The position numbers and the translations under genes are program-made. Positions 57,016 to 64,000 of a stretch of 64,000 nt of DNA are shown here, piece after piece (positions within the stretch are counted from its first letter, which is position 1; the number at the start of each line of letters is the position of its first letter). This DNA comes from the human T2T-CHM13v2.0 reference genome, Homo sapiens. The stretch is taken from NCBI RefSeq assembly GCF_009914755.1, contig NC_060925.1. One strand, given 5' to 3'. The notes below the pieces were generated by a model, which was given only the letters and a program-made list of their open reading frames with translations, was not told the origin of the DNA and searched no databases.

Positions 57016-59383
57016 ATTTACTGGGTCAATTAAGATTTTCAATGAGCAGCATTTCTTTTATTCTGTTTAATTTTTAGAATTGTGTCTCTGAGAGACTATG
57101 ATGATTATTTGGAGCTGCTATAAGAAGTTTAACTATCTCCTTGATTTGTTAACATTTTCTTTTCAGTAGATGTGCTCACAGAGATTATTTAGCTTTGGTT
57201 CTGTATTTTGGAACATTTTTTCTATGCGAAGCTTTTCCTGCTAAATATGCTTAAACCTTTATTTCACAATTTACGGAAGGTCTGACACCTTCCCCAGTGT
57301 TATTGCCAAGTGCCTGGGTGTGTGTTCTGACTCTGCCATTTGCCACTCTGACACCACTTCACTTTTCTGAGCCTCTATTTAACAACAGGACTTGAGTAGT
57401 TTGAAATAGTCCATACCATCATTATTTACTTTGGTTTGGTGGAAACTGGAAGCAGTGATGGTGCCTTAACTGGGGCATTTTTTTAAAAGACACTAACAGG
57501 TAACCATTTCCATTTCTATAAGCTCTTGGAGCTCCCTGCTGCATCCCACATGGCACCAGGCTACTGACAACCTTGCTCTCTCCTCTCTCCATATTTCTCC
57601 CATTTTCCTTCTCATCCTTACCCCTTCCCTTCTTGATGGTCTGAAGAACTCCAAACTCTTCTATTATGAAGAACAATTCCATTTCTTGAACCCTTTCACA
57701 AACTCAATTTTGGGTTTACCTTAGCAAAACCAAACCCATTGTGCTACTTAACAGAAGAAAAAAATTCAAATGTAGGATCAGGCATTCATAAAACATAGTT
57801 GTGGGAGGAAAATAGCAACTTTTATTCTGCATGGGTGAAAGTTGTTAAGTAAACATTGTCAGTGTTATGCGATCTTCAGCTCTGAGTGCGACAAGGGTCT
57901 CTGAAGTTTTCTAATATTTGAATAACAGCAGCAGCATTATAATGTGACAGTGAATGATGGCCTCCCAACTTTTATTCCTCCTGGGCAATTAATTTTTAAA
58001 GAATCTGATTCCTTGTACTAAATCTCTTTCTGCTTGAAATACCCAAGGTGCTTTCTGTTTTCCTGCACTGAGCACTTATGATACAAATGAGGGAGTGAAG
58101 GCTCAGGTAGCTTAAGTCACTTGCTCAAAGGTCACATAACTTAGAAATGGTAGGTCTATTTGACATCAAAGCCCACACTGCTCTTCAACTCTGTATGTTT
58201 CTTAATTATGTTTTTCAGACATGGCTATACTTTTCAAGTAAAATTTACTTATAGTTACCAAGTACAAGTAAAATTATTTCAAGGAAGCAAGGGATAGACA
58301 TGAAATTTATTTAAAAATAAAACATAATTCCCATGAAGGAATTCTTATCTATGAACGCCTTTGAATTACAAGTGAAAGAAATTCCGTTTAAACTAACGTC
58401 TACATGAACAGAAACTTATTGCCACCCGCACAAAGATATATTGTTGCATGACTGTAAAGGGTATATGTAGCTAGATTATGAATGATTGATGCAGAGCATT
58501 CTGAGATTATCACTTTATACCTTCCCTCCAATTTTTTCTGATGTCAGCTCTATTCTCTCAGACCAATTTCTTCAAGTTGTGGACAACATGCTACAAGTGG
58601 CTAAAAACCTATATGCTTACAATTCTATAACTAGAAAGGAAGGCTATTTTTCCTAATAGCTCCAAATAGAGAAAATCTGGAGAAGCACCCTACTTGCCCC
58701 ATCTTGTGTCCCATGTTCATCCCTTGACCAACTTCTGTGGCCGAGGTGATAAAGTTATCTAAGAATATAGCAGTTCCTATTCAGATCACATGGCCACAGA
58801 AGATAGAATTCCCCCAAACAAGTGGAGTAACACAGACAATGACAATGGAGAATCATCTTAGCCTGAGTCCTCCAAACGCCAGAGTCTTGCATTCAGGTAG
58901 TTTATTTAAGAAGTATTCTAAGGAGGAGGAGTGAGAGTCTGGAGGAGTAAAATAGGGAAGGAAAAACAAAAAACAATTTAATGATGCATTATTGATTTGG
59001 CAGCCACTATGGACAACTGTTGCTCAATCCCACCAAGACCTTCTGAGGATCTAACTTATGAGATGCATCTTAAAATTGCCCATCTGAGTGAAGAGAGAGA
59101 AAAGCATTTCTCCACTGGCTTCCAACCATATTGGGCAAGCTTTGCCCCATGACTGTAACTATCTTACATTTCCATTTGGCTCATGGGTGGCAAGTGGCTT
59201 CCTATTGGTATCGCACACTTCATCATTAAAGTATCTCCAGGGCAGGAAGCAACAATTATAGAATGTAGTAGGCCCAGATAAAATATTATCAGATTATTTT
59301 TGTGCAAAACTATTCAAAGCCTGTCCAAAACTGGTTACTACAGTGATGCCTAAGAGGGCTGGAGAGGATATAAATTCATGCAT

Positions 59384-59891
59384 TGTTGGGAACAGGCCCC
59401 CACATCTGGCCATAAACTGGCCCCAAAACTGGCCATAAACAAAATCTCTGCAGTGCTGTGACATGTTCATGAGGCCATGACATCCATGCTGAAGGTTGTG
59501 GGTTTACTGGAATGAGGGCAAGGAACACCTGGCCCACCCAGGGCAGAAAACTGCTTGAAGGCGTTCCTGAACCACAAACAATAGCATGAGCGATCTGTGC
59601 CTTGAGGACATGTTCCTGCTGCAGATAACTAGCCAGACCCCTCCCTTTGTTTCGGCCCATCCCTTTGTTTCCCATAAGGAATACTTCTAGTTAATCCATA
59701 ATCTATAGAAACAATGTTTATCACTGGCTTGCTGTCAGTAACTATGTGGGTAAATCTCTGTTCGGGCCTCTCAGCTCTGAAGGCTGTGAGTTCCCTGATT
59801 TCCCACTCCACATGCTATATTTCTGTGTGTGTGTCTTTAATTCTTCTAGTGCCCCTGGGTTAGGGTGTCCCCGACTGAGCTGGTCTTGGCA
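59384..59891 (+). mobile_element. MER9 solo LTR (HERV-K HML-3)
   Basis: tgttgggaacaggcccc...gagctggtcttggca, 508 bp; perfect 6-bp TSD ATGCAT, typical of ERVK. Confidence 0.92.
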
Positions 59892-60418
59892 ATGCATAAA
59901 AAGTGGTCTAATAAATTCCACTCCCTTCACTGCTATAGTCCTTATGGCTGCAGCGCATATGTCTTTCTAAAGCCTCTAGAATATTTGCTACTTCCTGTGC
60001 ATCGGGTCCAATTAGCATGATATTATTAATATGATAGATCACAGTTATAGTCTGTAGAATGTCAAGATAGCCAAGATCTCTGCAGACTATATTGTGACAG
60101 AGAGCAAGAGTGTTAATAAAAACCTGGGGTAAAATGGCAAATATGTACTGCCTTTCTTTCTATGTATAAATGAACTCCTTTGGTCCTTACTGATGGAAAT
60201 TAAGAAAGAGCAAACTCACCAGATCAATAGCAGCATTCCAAGTGCCAAAGGCAGTCTTGTTCTCTTCTAGAAGACACCATATCTGATGTGGCAGACCTGA
60301 TTTAAGCCATCACTTGGTTAAATTCACCCTCATTACCATGGTCCATAGAGTTCCTGTAGGGGTCACGTGGGTAATTAGTTGAGAATATAATGGATATCAA
60401 TGCTCCTGCACTTATTAA

Positions 60419-60735
60419 TTTTTTTTATTTTTATTTATTTATTTATTTTTGTGAGACAGACTCTCGTTCTGTCACCCAGGCTGGAGTATAGTGGTGTGAC
60501 CTGGGCTCACTGCAACCTCTGCCCCCTGGGTTCAAGCAATTCTCCTGCCTCAGCCTCTTGAGTAGCTGGGATTATAGGTGCACGCTGCCAAGCCCAGCTA
60601 ATTTTTGTATTTTTAGTAGAGATGGGGTTTCACCACGTTGGGTAGGCTGGTCTCGAACTCCTGGCCTAGGGTGATCCACCCACCCCGGCATCCCAAAGTG
60701 CTGGGATTACAGGTGTGTGCCATGGCACCCAGCCC
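60419..60735 (-). mobile_element. AluSx-like
   Basis: Reverse Alu with (TTTA)n tail; TSD ctcctgcactt. Confidence 0.92.
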
Positions 60736-61389
60736 ACTCCTGCACTTTTAAAGTGTTTAATGGTGCTGCTAATCTCTGCAATTCCTCCCATATGTGTTAT
60801 TACTTAGACATATTAACTTGGCTGAGGGGAAGGACAGTCGCAAGTGTCTTACCATGATGGCTCTTACTCTGTAGGCTGGAGAAAAATATGAAGGTTCTGC
60901 CAGTTAGTAACTATCCATATCCCGACAGCACATTCAGAAACCAGAGAAATAGCCAAAGGTTAGATCTAACAGATCCCGTAAACCGATTATGAGACATACT
61001 TGAGCTAAAATTGCATCTATCACTTGGCTTCTCTATGCCCCCATTCTAACTGGAGCATAATAAAGGTATTTCAGGTCCCTTGATTCAGAATCAATACAGA
61101 GCCACGTTCCTCATATACAACATTTCTTGAAAAGTCTGAGGATTTTCTTTTTGCAGGTTCACAGTTACGCTGATAAATAGTCTTAGATCCTTTTGGGGAA
61201 TATTTATCATATATCCTTGCAGTAGTATTGCAAAATCCTTCCTCAGGTTACCCATCTCTTGTTCAATGAGTGGGCTCCAGGTCTGTGAAATGACTTATCT
61301 GGAAAGTGGGTGAGGAAAATCTGTTTTTCTGAAGTGAAAACTGGTAAATGTTTCTGTTCACCAGCTCTTGATGTATTCTTTTTATTATA

Positions 61390-61460
61390 TTAGGTTGGTG
61401 CAAAAGTGATTGCTGGTTTTGGCCATTATTTTTAATGTAATCACTTTTGCACCAACCTAG
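61390..61460. mobile_element. MADE1 (Hsmar1 mariner MITE)
   Basis: TA|ttaggttggtgcaaaagtgattgc ... gtaatcacttttgcaccaacctag|TA. Confidence 0.92.
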
Positions 61461-61904
61461 TAAGAGTAAGTAACATTTTGGTTGACTCTCTGTCGCCCTC
61501 GTCAGAATGCCCTGACTTGTCAGCCATTGCTGCAGATTCTTCAGGGTCAAGGCATATTGAATCCTACTCTAGCCTTGCAGTAGCTGTCATAGCAGCTATG
61601 TCCACATCACTCTAACAGGCCTGCCATTTGACCTCTTCCATTCCAGGTCCTGTCATCCCCTTGATACTAGGAATCTCAATTCCATGGCAATATCTTCTGT
61701 CAAGCCCAGCCTATGTAAGACAGTTATCACAAAGTGCTCAAATGAGTGCTCCTTAGCACTGCACTCCTCATTGCTTTCATGAAAGAGGTGTCCTCTGGAT
61801 CCTCCTAGGAAACATTGTCAAGTGCCAGCTTCTCTGATCACACATAATACATTCATTCTAATATTTTTACCTCCTTGAATCTTTGGACCCTTTCCTCAAA
61901 AAAA

Positions 61905-62241
61905 AGTTACAAAGTTACATCCTGTGCAAACATCTGATTGGTTGCAGAAAGAGACCAATCAGAGGTTGAAGTGAAGTTACAAAGTTATACTGCTATGCAA
62001 ATGAAGACTTGGCTCACAACCAGCCTGATTTGTTGTGGGAGGAGACCAATCAGAGGTTCTTTCAATTTTTCATCTGCCACACAGAAAACGGTGGGGGAGG
62101 GAGTGGTTGCAAAGGGAGTGGCCTTTGGTCCTTTCGTTACTTGAGCATGGAAAGTTGGGGTTTTTTCTTTAGATTTAGTTCTAGGAAGTCAGTGTGACTT
62201 GGCCTTAGGTTCTTTGCCTTCAGACCCTATTCTCCTGCCTC
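61905..62241 (-). mobile_element. MER51-like ERV1 LTR, 5' portion
   Basis: Minus start GAGGCAGGAGAATAGGGTCTGAAGGCA; repeated gaccaatcagagg; octamer ATGCAAAT at 61995-62002. Confidence 0.75.
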
Positions 62242-62319
62242 TGTGGTAATTAATGCTATTTAAAAACATTTCTGTTTCTCCTCTGAAGCATATGATAGAA
62301 TTCTTCTTCTCTTTCTTAA

Positions 62320-62622
62320 ACTCAACCATGGCTTTAGCCAATAGGATGCATGTGGAAATGACATGTGTTCGTTCCCAGTGGAAGCCTTTAAAAGCCAATG
62401 CACAGTCTGCCATGGATTTCCCTCCTGCAACAGTGACCTGAAAAGCTGCAGATGAAGCTCCATCAGCCTGAGTCCTTGTGTGAGGATCATGCAGAATGGT
62501 GCCCACAGTAGGTCAACAAAAAACACATGACATGAGCAAGAAATTATGTGTGTTGTGTTAGGTCAGTGAGATTTTGAAGTTGTTTATTACTGCAGCACAG
62601 CCCTAGTCTATCCTGTTAGACA
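62320..62622 (+). mobile_element. MLT1J-like MaLR LTR relic
   Basis: ctttagccaataggatgcatgtggaaatgacatgtg...catgagcaagaaa...tgtttattactgcagcacagccctagtctatcctg. Confidence 0.7.
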
Positions 62623-62682
62623 TTTTGCTTTACTTTTTGAAGCATTCTATCCATCTTACCTTAAAATGATTGCTTGTTATAC

Positions 62683-62910
62683 GGGTGATCTGATGTTGAC
62701 ACCTGCCATCCCATTGATCACCAGAGGGCATGTGATTGTACCTTCCCTCTCTTCCTTTTCCGTAAATACATCTTTCCCAATGATGCGGGTTCAATGGAAG
62801 AGGGTAGTTCTCTCAGAAGAGGACCATTTTTTTTAATCAAAGTGAAGAAAACAACTGTGCCTTCTGCTAAAATCTGAAAACAAAGCAAATATGGGTCTTT
62901 ATAGAGAGAT
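62683..62910 (+). pseudogene. Highly diverged 7SK snRNA retrocopy
   Basis: gggtgatctg...gacacctgccatcccattgatcaccag ~ 7SK GGGCGATCTG...GACATCTGTCACCCCATTGATCGCCAG; later gaagagg, agaagaggacc and ctgctaaaatctgaaaacaaagc are collinear with 7SK. Confidence 0.75.
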
Positions 62911-62960
62911 TTGTGACCTTTTTTTAAAGAAAAGAGTCTGTCTAGAAAAGTCTTATTGTA

Positions 62961-63907
<947 letters not shown>

Positions 63908-64000
63908 TTAATCAACCAAGAGACCTATTATAGCATCTATATCTGACAGAGATCTTTCCAATACGATTGATCCATAAAGTCATAAGGCCCATGTGGCAGG

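Larger units (their letters stand above)
58850..61895 (-). mobile_element. Ancient ERVL-class element: LTR16-like relic plus internal gag/pol relic (HERV16/ERV3-16A3-like), interrupted by MER9, Alu and MADE1
   Basis: Minus strand near 60170-60260 reads FGTWNAAIDLVSLLFLISISKDQKEF, similar to ERVL RT GTWYAAIDLANAFFSI; boundaries approximate. Confidence 0.55.

Overview
Primate (human-like) nuclear DNA that is very rich in repeats. I recognise no host protein-coding exon, rRNA, tRNA gene or CRISPR array, so it is intergenic or deep intronic. The core (about 32.3-50 kb) is a nested stack on the minus strand: an old L1MC-type LINE, split by an Alu, a full-length but inactivated L1PA6/7-like element (34.46-40.61 kb) and a two-LTR ERV9/HERV9 provirus (41957-48983, TSD CTAC, tRNA-Arg PBS). 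Elsewhere are about 20 Alus (S and J types, no clear AluY), MIR/L2/L3 relics, THE1/MST/MLT1 MaLR LTRs, solo LTRs (MER9, MER4, MER51 and an ERV1-type LTR), an LTR40 provirus with a gamma-type env relic, an old ERVL internal segment, DNA-transposon fossils (MER20, MER2, Tigger3, MADE1) and a very diverged 7SK retrocopy. The most notable observations are: (1) an apparent ~180 bp L1 5' transduction that still ends in what looks like the donor's own target site; (2) the class-III LTR40 element with a Ser PBS and gamma-type env; (3) serial Alu and L1 insertion at one nick; (4) an old direct repeat whose two copies each carry a different Alu; (5) several templated-insertion or foldback scars. I cannot support a wholly new biological system from this sequence. 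Subfamily names come from recalled consensus motifs, not from a database search, and boundaries of old elements are approximate.
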